Shown here: in pieces, positions 48,215-58,017 of the stretch
Layout of the letters: each line of letters begins with the position of its first letter
Numbering within the stretch: the stretch's first letter is position 1
Source of the DNA: Cyanobacteria bacterium REEB446
GTDB lineage: Bacteria > Cyanobacteriota > Vampirovibrionia > LMEP-6097
Length of the DNA: 64,000 bases
Assembly: GCA_018970325.1 (NCBI GenBank)
Contig: JAGWWP010000005.1
Location: 1,594 to 65,593 of the forward strand
Direction of reading: 5' to 3'
Translations under genes and position numbers: made by a program
Notes under the pieces: model-generated
The model's database searches: none
Seen by the model: only the letters and a program-made list of their open reading frames with translations
What the model was told of the DNA's origin: nothing

Positions 48215-48370
48215 ACTAGCTCTCAATCTTAAGCTGAGTTTCTAGTGCCTCTAGTTCACGTACTTTCACATGATAGCAGCGGTGTTCAATCCAGAATAGA
48301 CCAATGAGTGCTGGAGCTACAAAAAGAGCTATCTCCAAGATATACTCCCAATCAAGATTTGGTAACTTCA
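48215..48370 (-). CDS. putative small membrane protein (51 aa)
   Basis: ATG preceded by AAGGAG. MKLPNLDWEYILEIALFVAPALIGLFWIEHRCYHVKVRELEALETQLKIES. Below the ORF-track cutoff. Confidence 0.25.
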
Positions 48371-48503
48371 TGAATAACTCCTTTTTCTAATATACTTAAG
48401 CCTCGTAAAATACATTCTATTCCTAGGACAAAAAATAGTCCAGCGATGGCATAGCGATCTAACTTTTCCCCAGCTTAATTCGCACTTTAGTCACCTATTA
48501 ATT

Positions 48504-48537
48504 AATCTGCCATAATATGATTTGGTGAATAATCAAA
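48504..48537 (+). repeat. left copy of a perfect 34-bp direct repeat (AATCTGCCATAATATGATTTGGTGAATAATCAAA) bracketing the hsdRSM-ietAS block
   Basis: Identical 34-mer at 57948-57981. This copy overlaps the hsdR start codon region. Confidence 0.7.
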
Positions 48538-51323
48538 ACCCTGAGCAAAAAACGAGAGACAACATCGATAAGATGCTGGAAACTGCTGGCTGGGTAGTGC
48601 AAGATAAAGATAAAATAGACTGGTCAAATCATAAAGGTATCGCTATTCGAGAGTATTCTACAGATACTGGTCCAGCTGATTATGTTTTATTTATTAATAT
48701 AGATGCTGCCAAATTTCCGATTGGAATAATCGAAGCAAAACCAGAAGATGAGGGTCAAAGAATCAGTATTCATGAGGAACAGGTACTTAGATATGCGGAA
48801 AGCAAGCTCAAATACTGTATCGCTACTGAGCCTATACCTTTTCTCTATATCTCTACGAGCATAAGAACTCTTTTCTTTAATCTTAAAGATCCTAAGCCTC
48901 GTTCTAGAGAGATTTTTAATTTTCATAGACCAGAGACTTTAATAGAATGGTCTCAAGATGAAGGAACCCTAAGATCACGCTTAGAAAATTTACCGCTTTT
49001 ACAGACTGAAGGTTTGCGTGACTGTCAGATTAAAGCGATAAATAATCTTGAGAAATCGTTTAAACAAGCTAAGCCAAAGGCTTTAATCCAGATGGCTACA
49101 GGAAGTGGCAAGACCTTTACTGCTATTACTTTTATTTATCGACTTTTAAAATATGCTAAAGCAAAGAGAATATTGTTTTTAGTTGATACTAAAAACCTCG
49201 GCGAGCAGGCTGAACAAGAGATTAGAAATTATATTCCTCCAGATGATAATAGAACTTTCTCTGAGTTATACACAGTCCAAAGGCTTAAAAATAGTTACGT
49301 TCCACAAGACACGAAGGTTTGCATTAGCACTATACAGAGAATGTACTCTATCTTGAAGGGTGAAGCTTTAGAAGAATCTGCTGAGGATCAGAATCCTAAT
49401 GAGTATGAATTTATAAGTCAAGAAAAAATGAAAGAAGTTATTTATAACTCAAATGCTCCGATTGAAATGTTTGATTTTATTATTATTGATGAATGCCACA
49501 GGTCTATTTATAATCTCTGGAAGCAAGTTCTTGATTATTATGATGCTTTCTTGATTGGTTTAACTGCTACTCCAGACAAAAGAACTTTTGCTTTCTTTAA
49601 TGAAAATGTCGTCAGTGAATATACTCATGAAGAAGCTGTCGCTGATGGCGTAAACGTAGGTTATGACATTTATGTTATTGAAACTGAAATTACTAAACAA
49701 GGCTCGAAAATAAAAGCTAAAGAATATATAGAAAAACGAGATAAGTTATCACGTAAAAAACGCTGGGAGCAGCAAGATGAAGATTTAGAATATAGCTCAA
49801 AGCAGCTTGATAAAGATATAGTAAATCCGAGTCAGATTCGTAATATTATAAAAGCCTTTCGTGATAAGCTATCTGAAATATTTCCTAATCGTAAACAGTC
49901 TAATGATCAAATAGAAGTGCCGAAGACATTAGTTTTCGCTAAAACTGATAGTCATGCTGATGACATTATTTCGATAATTCGGGAGGAGTTCGGAGAAAGA
50001 AACGACTTCTGTAAAAAAATAACTTATAAATCTAAAGAAGACCCTAGCGAAGATCCTAAAAGTATTCTAGCTAGTTTTCGCAATTTATATAATCCAAGAA
50101 TCGCTGTAACAGTAGATATGATCGCTACAGGTACTGATGTTAAGCCGATAGAATGTCTGTTGTTCATGCGTGATGTTAAATCTAGAAACTATTTTGAGCA
50201 GATGAAAGGACGAGGTACGAGAACGCTTGCAGCAGATGATTTAAAACGAATAACACCAAGTGCTAAAACTGGAAAAACGCATTTCGTAATAGTAGATGCA
50301 GTCGGTGTAACTAAATCAGTTAAAACAGATAGTAGGTCACTAGAAAGAAAGAAGACTGTACCATTAAAAGACCTGATGTACAGCATTCTAATGGGTTCTA
50401 AAGATGAAGATGTTTTTCTTTCAGTGGCTAGCAGACTTTCAAGGCTTAATAATGAAATTAGTCCCCAAGAAAAACAAAAATTTCAAGAAATCACTAAGGG
50501 GAAATCTTTAAATACAGTGATACACGAGCTTTTAAATGCATTTGATGCTGATGAGATTGAAATCAAGGCTAGAGAAAGTTTTCAGATAGATTCTCTGAGC
50601 GAACCAAGCGAGGAGCAAAAATCAAAGGCTCAATTAGAGCTAATTAGAATAGCTTCTTCTAGTTTTACTGGGAACTTAAATACTTACATAGAGAATGTAA
50701 GGAGAGAATATGAACAGACTATAGATGTGGTAAATATTGATAAGCTTGAGTTTGCAGGCTGGGATTCACAGGCAAAAGCAGAGAATCATATAAATGAATT
50801 TAAAGATTTTTTAGAAAAACATAAAGATGAGATAATAGCTCTAAGAATCTTTTACAATGAGCCTTATAGATTAAAAGATTTGACTTATAAGATGATAGGA
50901 GAGCTTTATGAAGTTCTTCAGCGAGAAAAACCTCACTTGGCACCGCTATATGTCTATGAAGCTTTTGAAAGGTTTGAAGAAAATAAATCCAATAAACCAG
51001 AGAATCAGCTCACAGCTTTAGTTTCTCTAATCAGAAAGGTTTGCGGCATTGATAAAACCCTTACGGCATTTGATGATGTGGTTAATCGTAATTTTAAAAG
51101 TTGGATTTTCAAGAAACAAGCTGGCTCTTTAAAATTTAATGAAGAACAAATGGACTGGTTAAGAATGATTAAAAGTCATATCACAAGCTCTTTTCATATA
51201 GATAAAGATGATTTTGAATATGCACCATTTGATGCACAAGGTGGTTTAGGAAAAATGCATAAACTTTTTGGGCTGGATGCAGATTCGGTTATTAGTGAGA
51301 TGAATGAGGTATTGGTGGCGTGA
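48522..51323 (+). CDS. hsdR: type I restriction enzyme R subunit
   Basis: N-terminal Mrr-cat-like nuclease region. SF2 helicase motifs I (QMATGSGKTFTA), II (DECHRS) and VI (QMKGRGTR). TTG/GTG start. Confidence 0.9.
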   Translation: MVNNQNPEQKTRDNIDKMLETAGWVVQDKDKIDWSNHKGIAIREYSTDTGPADYVLFINIDAAKFPIGIIEAKPEDEGQRISIHEEQVLRYAESKLKYCIATEPIPFLYISTSIRTLFFNLKDPKPRSREIFNFHRPETLIEWSQDEGTLRSRLENLPLLQTEGLRDCQIKAINNLEKSFKQAKPKALIQMATGSGKTFTAITFIYRLLKYAKAKRILFLVDTKNLGEQAEQEIRNYIPPDDNRTFSELYTVQRLKNSYVPQDTKVCISTIQRMYSILKGEALEESAEDQNPNEYEFISQEKMKEVIYNSNAPIEMFDFIIIDECHRSIYNLWKQVLDYYDAFLIGLTATPDKRTFAFFNENVVSEYTHEEAVADGVNVGYDIYVIETEITKQGSKIKAKEYIEKRDKLSRKKRWEQQDEDLEYSSKQLDKDIVNPSQIRNIIKAFRDKLSEIFPNRKQSNDQIEVPKTLVFAKTDSHADDIISIIREEFGERNDFCKKITYKSKEDPSEDPKSILASFRNLYNPRIAVTVDMIATGTDVKPIECLLFMRDVKSRNYFEQMKGRGTRTLAADDLKRITPSAKTGKTHFVIVDAVGVTKSVKTDSRSLERKKTVPLKDLMYSILMGSKDEDVFLSVASRLSRLNNEISPQEKQKFQEITKGKSLNTVIHELLNAFDADEIEIKARESFQIDSLSEPSEEQKSKAQLELIRIASSSFTGNLNTYIENVRREYEQTIDVVNIDKLEFAGWDSQAKAENHINEFKDFLEKHKDEIIALRIFYNEPYRLKDLTYKMIGELYEVLQREKPHLAPLYVYEAFERFEENKSNKPENQLTALVSLIRKVCGIDKTLTAFDDVVNRNFKSWIFKKQAGSLKFNEEQMDWLRMIKSHITSSFHIDKDDFEYAPFDAQGGLGKMHKLFGLDADSVISEMNEVLVA

Positions 51324-52768
51324 TGGGGCTTATGGTAAGGGATATGACTGAATCATTTCAGTCTCAGATTAATAATTTATGGACAGTTGTTCCATTAGAT
51401 ACAGTTTTGATAAGTCTTGAATCTGGTAAAAGACCGAGGGGGGGAGTTAAAGATATTAAAACTGGCATACCAAGCTTAGGAGGAGAACATTTAAATTCAG
51501 ACGGTGGATTTAAATTTGAAAATATTCGCTATATTCCAGAAGAATTTGCTCTTAATATGCTGAGAGGACAAATTAAACAAGATGATATCTTAATAGTCAA
51601 AGACGGGGCTACTACAGGCAAGGTTTCATTTGTTAATAGAGACTTCCCTTATAGTAACGCGGTTGTCAATGAACATGTATTCATATGTCGCATCTCAAAA
51701 TTCATAGATCCTAAGTTTATTTTTTACTTTCTTTTCAGCGAGACAGGCCAAAAAAGAATACTAGAAAATTTTAAAGGTTCTGCACAAGGTGGAATCAACT
51801 CTTCATTCTCAGCTGAAACATTAATTTCTTTAGCCCCCCTCAAGGAACAAAAACGCATAGTTAATAAAATCGAAGAACTCTTATCAGAATTAGATCACGC
51901 CGTAGAAAGTTTTAAAAAAATACAACAGCAATTAAAAATCTATCGCCAAGCGGTTTTGAAGGCTGCTTTTGAGGGGAAGTTGACGGAGGAATGGAAAAAA
52001 TTTAATTCACAGAACATAAATTTAGATCCTTCTCGTAGTTTTGTCGAAATTAAAAAACTTGGCGATCTTATAGAAGAGCCTAAATATGGTACATCTAAAA
52101 AATGCTCTTATGAAAATGGGAATCTTGGAGTGCTAAGAATACCTAATCTTGTTGATTATAAAATTGACTTAGATGATTTAAAAAAAGCTGAATTTAATGA
52201 ATCAGAGAAAGAAGCTTATTCACTCAAAAAAGGAGACCTCCTTATAATTCGTTCAAATGGTAGCCCATCTTTAGTTGGAACTGCGAGCATTATTGATTCT
52301 CACAGTTCAAAATGTCTCTTCGCTGGATATTTAATACGTCTTCGGTGTTTAAATTCTTTAAATCCTAATTATCTTTTATATTGTTTACATTCATATTCTG
52401 TGAGGAATCAAATTGAACTTCAATCAAGGTCAACGAGTGGAGTTCACAATATTAATTCTCAAGAGATTAAAAGCCTTTTAATTCCCTACTGCTCTCTCGA
52501 AGAACAAAACCAAATAATCCAAGAAATCGAATCCCGCCTATCCATCTGTGATGAACTAGAAAAGACTATAGAACAGAATTTAATTCTAGAAAAATCATTA
52601 CGCCAAAGCATTTTAAAGAAAGCTTTTGAGGGGAAATTAGTCCCACAAGATCCAAATGATGAGCCTGCAGAGCTTTTATTAGAGAAGATTAAGCTCGAAA
52701 AAGAGAAATTAGCTAAATTAACTAATTCAAGCAAAACTAAGACTAAAAGGGAGAAAGTCACAGCATGA
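51320..52768 (+). CDS. hsdS: type I restriction-modification specificity subunit
   Basis: Two target-recognition domains, each followed by the conserved repeat (QAVLKAAFEGKL and QSILKKAFEGKL). ATGA overlap with hsdR and hsdM. Confidence 0.85.
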   Translation: MMGLMVRDMTESFQSQINNLWTVVPLDTVLISLESGKRPRGGVKDIKTGIPSLGGEHLNSDGGFKFENIRYIPEEFALNMLRGQIKQDDILIVKDGATTGKVSFVNRDFPYSNAVVNEHVFICRISKFIDPKFIFYFLFSETGQKRILENFKGSAQGGINSSFSAETLISLAPLKEQKRIVNKIEELLSELDHAVESFKKIQQQLKIYRQAVLKAAFEGKLTEEWKKFNSQNINLDPSRSFVEIKKLGDLIEEPKYGTSKKCSYENGNLGVLRIPNLVDYKIDLDDLKKAEFNESEKEAYSLKKGDLLIIRSNGSPSLVGTASIIDSHSSKCLFAGYLIRLRCLNSLNPNYLLYCLHSYSVRNQIELQSRSTSGVHNINSQEIKSLLIPYCSLEEQNQIIQEIESRLSICDELEKTIEQNLILEKSLRQSILKKAFEGKLVPQDPNDEPAELLLEKIKLEKEKLAKLTNSSKTKTKREKVTA

Positions 52769-54240
52769 ACGTCAGTTCAATCATACAAAAAATCTGGAAT
52801 TACTGTACCGTATTAAGGGACGATGGTTTAAGCTATGGTGACTATCTAGAACAGCTTACCTATCTACTCTTCATCAAGATGGCTGATGAATACTCAAAGC
52901 CTCCTCATAATAGAGAAACTAATATCCCAGAAAAATATAATTGGAAAAGTTTAACTAAGATAAGTGGTTCTGACCTAGAAGTTCATTATGTGGATTTATT
53001 ACTTAATCTAGGCAAAGCTAAAGGCATACTAGGACAGATTTTCACTAAATCGCAGAACAGAATACAAGACCCAGCGAAACTCTATAAACTAATCCAGATG
53101 ATAGATAGTGAAGAATGGGTAATTATGGGAGCTGATGTTAAGGGAGATATCTATGAAGGTCTTTTAGAAAAGAATGCCGAAGACACGAAGAGCGGAGCAG
53201 GGCAGTACTTCACTCCTAGAGCTTTAATTAAAGCCATGGTTGAGTGCATTAGACCTGAACCCATGAACACTATTGCAGATCCAGCTTGTGGTACGGGTGG
53301 ATTTTTTCTTGGAGCCTATGATTTTATAGCTAATAACTATAAACTTGATAAACAGGAAAAGGAGTTCCTAAAAAAACATACTTTTGCTGGTAACGAAATA
53401 GTTGCTAACACTCGCAGACTTGCTTTGATGAATCTCTTTTTACATAATATTGGAGATTTAACGGGAGATTCAGTAATTTTTCCTCAGGATGCTCTTATCG
53501 CAGATAGCGGCCAGCGATTTGATTATGTCCTTGCTAATCCACCATTCGGAAAGAGAAGTAGTATGACTTTCACTAACGATGATGGAGATCAAGAGAAAGA
53601 AGATTTAACTTATAATCGCCAAGATTTTTGGACTACCACTTCTAATAAGCAGTTAAATTTCGTTCAGCATATAAAGACCATACTTAAAACTACAGGTAAG
53701 GCTGCCATCGTAATTCCAGATAATGTTTTATTTGAAGGTGGTGCTGGTGAGATAATTAGAAAAAAATTACTTGAAACCACTGATCTGCACACGATTTTAA
53801 GGCTACCTACAGGTATTTTTTATGCTAATGGAGTTAAGGCAAATGTAATTTTCCTTGATAACAAACCAGCTGCCAAAGAGCCTTGGACTAAAGAAATTTG
53901 GTTTTATGATTATCGGACGAATATTCATCATACGAAGAAAAAAGATCCTCTGCGATTTGAACACTTAAAAGATTTTATTCAGTGTTACAATCCAACCAAT
54001 CCACATCAGCGTAAAGAGACATATTCAGAAATCAATCTAGAGGGCAGATGGCGTAAATTTACTTATAATGAGATCATCTCTAGAGATAAAACTAGTTTAG
54101 ATATTTTCTGGTTAAAAGATAAGAGTTTAACTGACTTAGAGAATCTCCCAGAGCCAGATTTGCTTGCTAATGAAATTATAGAAAATTTAGAGGCAGCCCT
54201 CGGAAGCTTTAAAGATATGGCTAGAATATTAAACTCTTAA
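52765..54240 (+). CDS. hsdM: type I restriction-modification N6-adenine DNA methyltransferase
   Basis: HsdM N-terminal domain. AdoMet motif I (DPACGTGGF) and catalytic NPPFG. Confidence 0.9.
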   Translation: MNVSSIIQKIWNYCTVLRDDGLSYGDYLEQLTYLLFIKMADEYSKPPHNRETNIPEKYNWKSLTKISGSDLEVHYVDLLLNLGKAKGILGQIFTKSQNRIQDPAKLYKLIQMIDSEEWVIMGADVKGDIYEGLLEKNAEDTKSGAGQYFTPRALIKAMVECIRPEPMNTIADPACGTGGFFLGAYDFIANNYKLDKQEKEFLKKHTFAGNEIVANTRRLALMNLFLHNIGDLTGDSVIFPQDALIADSGQRFDYVLANPPFGKRSSMTFTNDDGDQEKEDLTYNRQDFWTTTSNKQLNFVQHIKTILKTTGKAAIVIPDNVLFEGGAGEIIRKKLLETTDLHTILRLPTGIFYANGVKANVIFLDNKPAAKEPWTKEIWFYDYRTNIHHTKKKDPLRFEHLKDFIQCYNPTNPHQRKETYSEINLEGRWRKFTYNEIISRDKTSLDIFWLKDKSLTDLENLPEPDLLANEIIENLEAALGSFKDMARILNS

Positions 54241-56831
54241 GTCCTAGTCCTCGTTCTAGAATTAATATGAGAGTGAATTTCTGTGTAAATATCTATATCT
54301 GAGTCTATCTCTAATGTGATAGCTAATACATACGCAATCACATCAGAGTTTCTTTTTGAGTTCCCTTTTTGAGAACAAACAGAAATCTTTGCTAGATTAT
54401 TGGAGGAGTCTATAGCAAGAATAGCTTTTCCTTTTTTTAGCTCATAAATAGAATGTTTACAGGTATTTAACATTACATTGCCTGCTTGCTCAGAGCTAAT
54501 CTGTTCTTCAAAAGAACCATCCTTACTAATTTTAATATCTAGCTTACTTTGCTGATAATCACTGGTTTCTGGACTAATATCACTAAACCAAACCAAGGTA
54601 GAAATCAATCTTATATTGCTAGACAATGACTGATTTCTAAATTCTGAAGGCAAAGGAATTTCGTAGTCATGCTGAGTCGCAGCAGATATTTTATTACAAG
54701 CAATAAATAACACAGAATGATTAAAAGCACTGATAGATCTTTCAAAATCAGTCTTACCATAGCCATGAAAGCGAGCTAACTCCCTAGGCTTTTTAAAGTT
54801 ACCATCAGAATGATTAGCACTAGCGTTCCGATGTATAAATTGTAAAAAATCAGGATCATGCCAACTAGAGTGTATAAGAAGATTTTTAATCAATAAAGCA
54901 TCATATTCTTTGTCTGGGAATATCTCTGTTGATAAATAATCATTCTCTAAGAGTTGCTCATAGATTCTAATTGCATTATTAGTCGCTAATGCTGTAGCAT
55001 AACTAGTTCCACAGCCTCGTGCCTGTTTATTTAGATCTCCAGATTTAGCAGTAAAAGCATGTTTAAGCCCGAATTTATTACTAGCAGGATTTTCGCTTTC
55101 TAATTTAGAACTAAAGAAAAGCTTTTTATAGACTGAACTCCCTCCTGAAAACAATAGTTCAGGCTTAATAGATTTCTTCACTCCTAAGCCTACTCTAGAA
55201 TAAGCTGCACAATACTTATCATTTCGATATAAAATACCATTTTCTTGATTAGTGATTTTCTTTTCTATTTCAGAGTCGTCGTATTCTGTAGCTCCTATAC
55301 AGAGAGAGTTTACAGATTCTGCGGGTGAAATAATTTTCAGATTATTGAGATCCTTTCTCTTGCTACTTAAGACCACACTAAATTTCTCTTCATCTGAAAG
55401 CCTTATGAACTCTTCTTTATCACAATCTAAAGATAAAGCAGCATTATTACCAGCACTAATTAAAAATAGAACTTTATGTTTATATGATAAAAAATCTATC
55501 ATTTTAGCTAAAGGTGATATTCTTCTTGCTAAGTACGGTCTATAAAGATCTCCTAAAGAAAAATTAATTACTCTAACAGATTCCTTTTCTTTAAAAAGCA
55601 TTTCTACTGCGTCATACACAAGCTTTATAAACAGCTTATCATTTGGGATTATCTCCCTATCACCAGAGGAAAGCATAATTGGACAGTGCAATATTTTAGA
55701 ATTAATCCTCTCATCATTTTTATAAGTACCATTAATAACAATCGAACTCACGGCAGTACCATGAAATCTTTTATCCGCAGGATACTTAGCTTCAAAGTCA
55801 AATAAATCTAGAACATCTATAAAATTTTTAATATCATTGTGATTCTGTAAAGGCATTCCATCTAATATTGCAGCATAAGACTTTTCATATTTAGGTTTAT
55901 GTGTTTTAGATGATTCTAAATCACTATCAGGGCTTTGCTTTCTAAGCATCGCTTGTGGTGAAGGATTAATAAACATCACAGAATCAGCTTTTAAAAGCTG
56001 CATTCCTGTAAAATTAGATTTCTCCTTAAGTTTTAAAATAAGTTCTTTTTTAACAGAAGCTTTTAAGCCATGATAATTAATTTCCTCACAAACAAAGATA
56101 TCTAGGAGCTTTCCACCATCTAATTCAAGTATCTCTTTAATTCTATTTTCGGCTTCTTCTCTTCTATGTGGATCTCTGTGAAACCATAACTCAATCTCGA
56201 TAAAGAAGTCTTCGTGATCCAAATTAAGACCTTCTGTTTGTAAAACCCAGTCTTGAAGCTGCTCTTCATTCTCTATTCGATCATTTTCTGACCATTCTCT
56301 TATGTCTAATAAATATTTAAAGGCATCTCTAAATTTGGTGTAATTCCTTGGTAACTCCTCCCCTTTTTCATATTTTTGCCATAAGCGAATAAAAGTCTTA
56401 AATCCTTTCTCAGTATAGAACACACAGAAAGCTTTACTTTTCCCCACTGTAATTTTATTATTTGACTTTTTATCACAATATTCTAAAAACTCTGGGATTT
56501 CATAATTATCTTTAATTAACTGTGCGAAATATTCACAGCCTTTTATTTTATTAAATGCATTAATTAAATCCTCTAGCTTATCATCTAAAAATTCTAAAAC
56601 TAATACCTTCCCTAAATCATCTCCACTCAATCCAGCTTCATCAGTGACCCTCAGCGTTTCAAAATCTCTTAAGATCGCTTCAGAACGCTCTTTAAACCAA
56701 ATGGCCTGCTTTTCTTTGGATGATAATGTATATTTTTCCTTACCACCACGCCCGCTGCCCTTATAGGCTAACTCAGAATTACTAATAAGATAGATAGGTC
56801 TGCGTCTTTTATTAGTCTTGAGCCTCTCCAT
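54237..56831 (-). CDS. S8 subtilase-family peptidase with ~330-aa uncharacterised N-terminal domain (IetS-like)
   Basis: Catalytic triad contexts AILDGM (Asp), HGTAVSS (His) and GTSYATALA (Ser), plus oxyanion SAGNNA. 11-nt gap from the upstream AAA+ ATPase gene on the same strand. Confidence 0.55.
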   Translation of the reverse strand: MERLKTNKRRRPIYLISNSELAYKGSGRGGKEKYTLSSKEKQAIWFKERSEAILRDFETLRVTDEAGLSGDDLGKVLVLEFLDDKLEDLINAFNKIKGCEYFAQLIKDNYEIPEFLEYCDKKSNNKITVGKSKAFCVFYTEKGFKTFIRLWQKYEKGEELPRNYTKFRDAFKYLLDIREWSENDRIENEEQLQDWVLQTEGLNLDHEDFFIEIELWFHRDPHRREEAENRIKEILELDGGKLLDIFVCEEINYHGLKASVKKELILKLKEKSNFTGMQLLKADSVMFINPSPQAMLRKQSPDSDLESSKTHKPKYEKSYAAILDGMPLQNHNDIKNFIDVLDLFDFEAKYPADKRFHGTAVSSIVINGTYKNDERINSKILHCPIMLSSGDREIIPNDKLFIKLVYDAVEMLFKEKESVRVINFSLGDLYRPYLARRISPLAKMIDFLSYKHKVLFLISAGNNAALSLDCDKEEFIRLSDEEKFSVVLSSKRKDLNNLKIISPAESVNSLCIGATEYDDSEIEKKITNQENGILYRNDKYCAAYSRVGLGVKKSIKPELLFSGGSSVYKKLFFSSKLESENPASNKFGLKHAFTAKSGDLNKQARGCGTSYATALATNNAIRIYEQLLENDYLSTEIFPDKEYDALLIKNLLIHSSWHDPDFLQFIHRNASANHSDGNFKKPRELARFHGYGKTDFERSISAFNHSVLFIACNKISAATQHDYEIPLPSEFRNQSLSSNIRLISTLVWFSDISPETSDYQQSKLDIKISKDGSFEEQISSEQAGNVMLNTCKHSIYELKKGKAILAIDSSNNLAKISVCSQKGNSKRNSDVIAYVLAITLEIDSDIDIYTEIHSHINSRTRTRT

Positions 56832-56842
56832 AATTACAAATT

Positions 56843-57826
56843 TTAAAATTTAGCTTTCACAAAATTCTTAGATTGTTTAATAATATCTATAAAAGCTTTA
56901 ATATCTTTCTTAGACAGAGATTGATTCTTATTCAGTTTAATAAAATAACTACGTCTAACACTATCACAGAACTCTTTTAAATCCGAGAAAGAAAAATTAT
57001 TCAGCATTCTGCTCAAATAGCTAAATTGATACAAAAAATCAATGTCAAAACGCTTAGAATAAGATTCAAGATATTTTATAATTTCTAATTCTGATGGGGC
57101 ATCTAACTCTAATGTAATCTGAAACCTCCTAGTCATAGCGTGATCTAGAGCTTCAGGATGATTAGTAGCAGCAATCAGAATCGTATTAGATGATAATTTA
57201 TCAATATTAGTAAGTAACAGATTAACTATTCTTTTAACTTCCCCAACTTCATTCTTGTCACCACGTGATTTAGAAACGGTATCAAATTCATCAAAGAATA
57301 AAACACAATTGGAATTATATATTGAGGAAAATAATTTTTTAATGCGACTAAGGCTTTCACCTAAAAGGCTGTTAATGAGGACTTCATAATTTACATGATA
57401 TAAAGGTACTGCCAACTCATAAGCCATAGCCTCAGCCAAAGAAGTTTTTCCATTACCTGGTTTGCCTACTAAAAGTATTTTATTTCTAGGATTAATACCA
57501 TTGGACCTTAAATAGTCTTTCATAGAATACTCTTCAAGAAAGTCAGAGACAATTTGCAAATTAATATTAGAGAGTATTAATTCACCAAGCTCAATCTCAG
57601 GTTTAATAACAGTAAAAAAATCACTATTTACACCAGTTTGATTTTCAAGGAACTCAAACTTTTTTGTTTCTGTTACATTTAGTGCTTTTTTTAGACGTTC
57701 CGCAAGTGTATGATGCTGTTTAAACTCTTCCTCTTTGATTATTGACTGTGCGATTTCAACAAATAAATCAAAGTTCTTTTCAGAACCAGCTTTAATAAGA
57801 TTTGTCAATAGATCTGTTCGTGCCAT
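56843..57826 (-). CDS. AAA+ ATPase (classic CDC48/FtsH-type AAA domain; IetA-like)
   Basis: Walker A GKPGNGKTS, Walker B VLFFDEFD and second region of homology ATNHPEALDHAMTRRF. Confidence 0.6.
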   Translation of the reverse strand: MARTDLLTNLIKAGSEKNFDLFVEIAQSIIKEEEFKQHHTLAERLKKALNVTETKKFEFLENQTGVNSDFFTVIKPEIELGELILSNINLQIVSDFLEEYSMKDYLRSNGINPRNKILLVGKPGNGKTSLAEAMAYELAVPLYHVNYEVLINSLLGESLSRIKKLFSSIYNSNCVLFFDEFDTVSKSRGDKNEVGEVKRIVNLLLTNIDKLSSNTILIAATNHPEALDHAMTRRFQITLELDAPSELEIIKYLESYSKRFDIDFLYQFSYLSRMLNNFSFSDLKEFCDSVRRSYFIKLNKNQSLSKKDIKAFIDIIKQSKNFVKAKF

Positions 57827-57947
57827 AAGTACATGAATATATTTAGTATAACTTTAGATAGGTAAAATATGAGGCTTTCTTTATGCCTATATCGTATTTT
57901 ACTTATACTCAAGGGAGGGACTTATTAATAGAATTAGCTCATCTTCC

Positions 57948-57981
57948 AATCTGCCATAATATGATTTGGTGAATAATCAAA
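57948..57981 (+). repeat. right copy of the 34-bp direct repeat, 37 nt upstream of kdsC
   Basis: Perfect match to 48504-48537. Contains -10-like CATAAT/TAATAT. Confidence 0.7.
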
Positions 57982-58017
57982 GCTCAAAATTAAGCTATTA
58001 AATCACAAAAGAAAACT

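Noticed and set aside
48687-50386. Minus-strand ORFs inside hsdR (48687-48926, 50189-50386)
   Set aside because: Antisense to a gene with intact helicase motifs.
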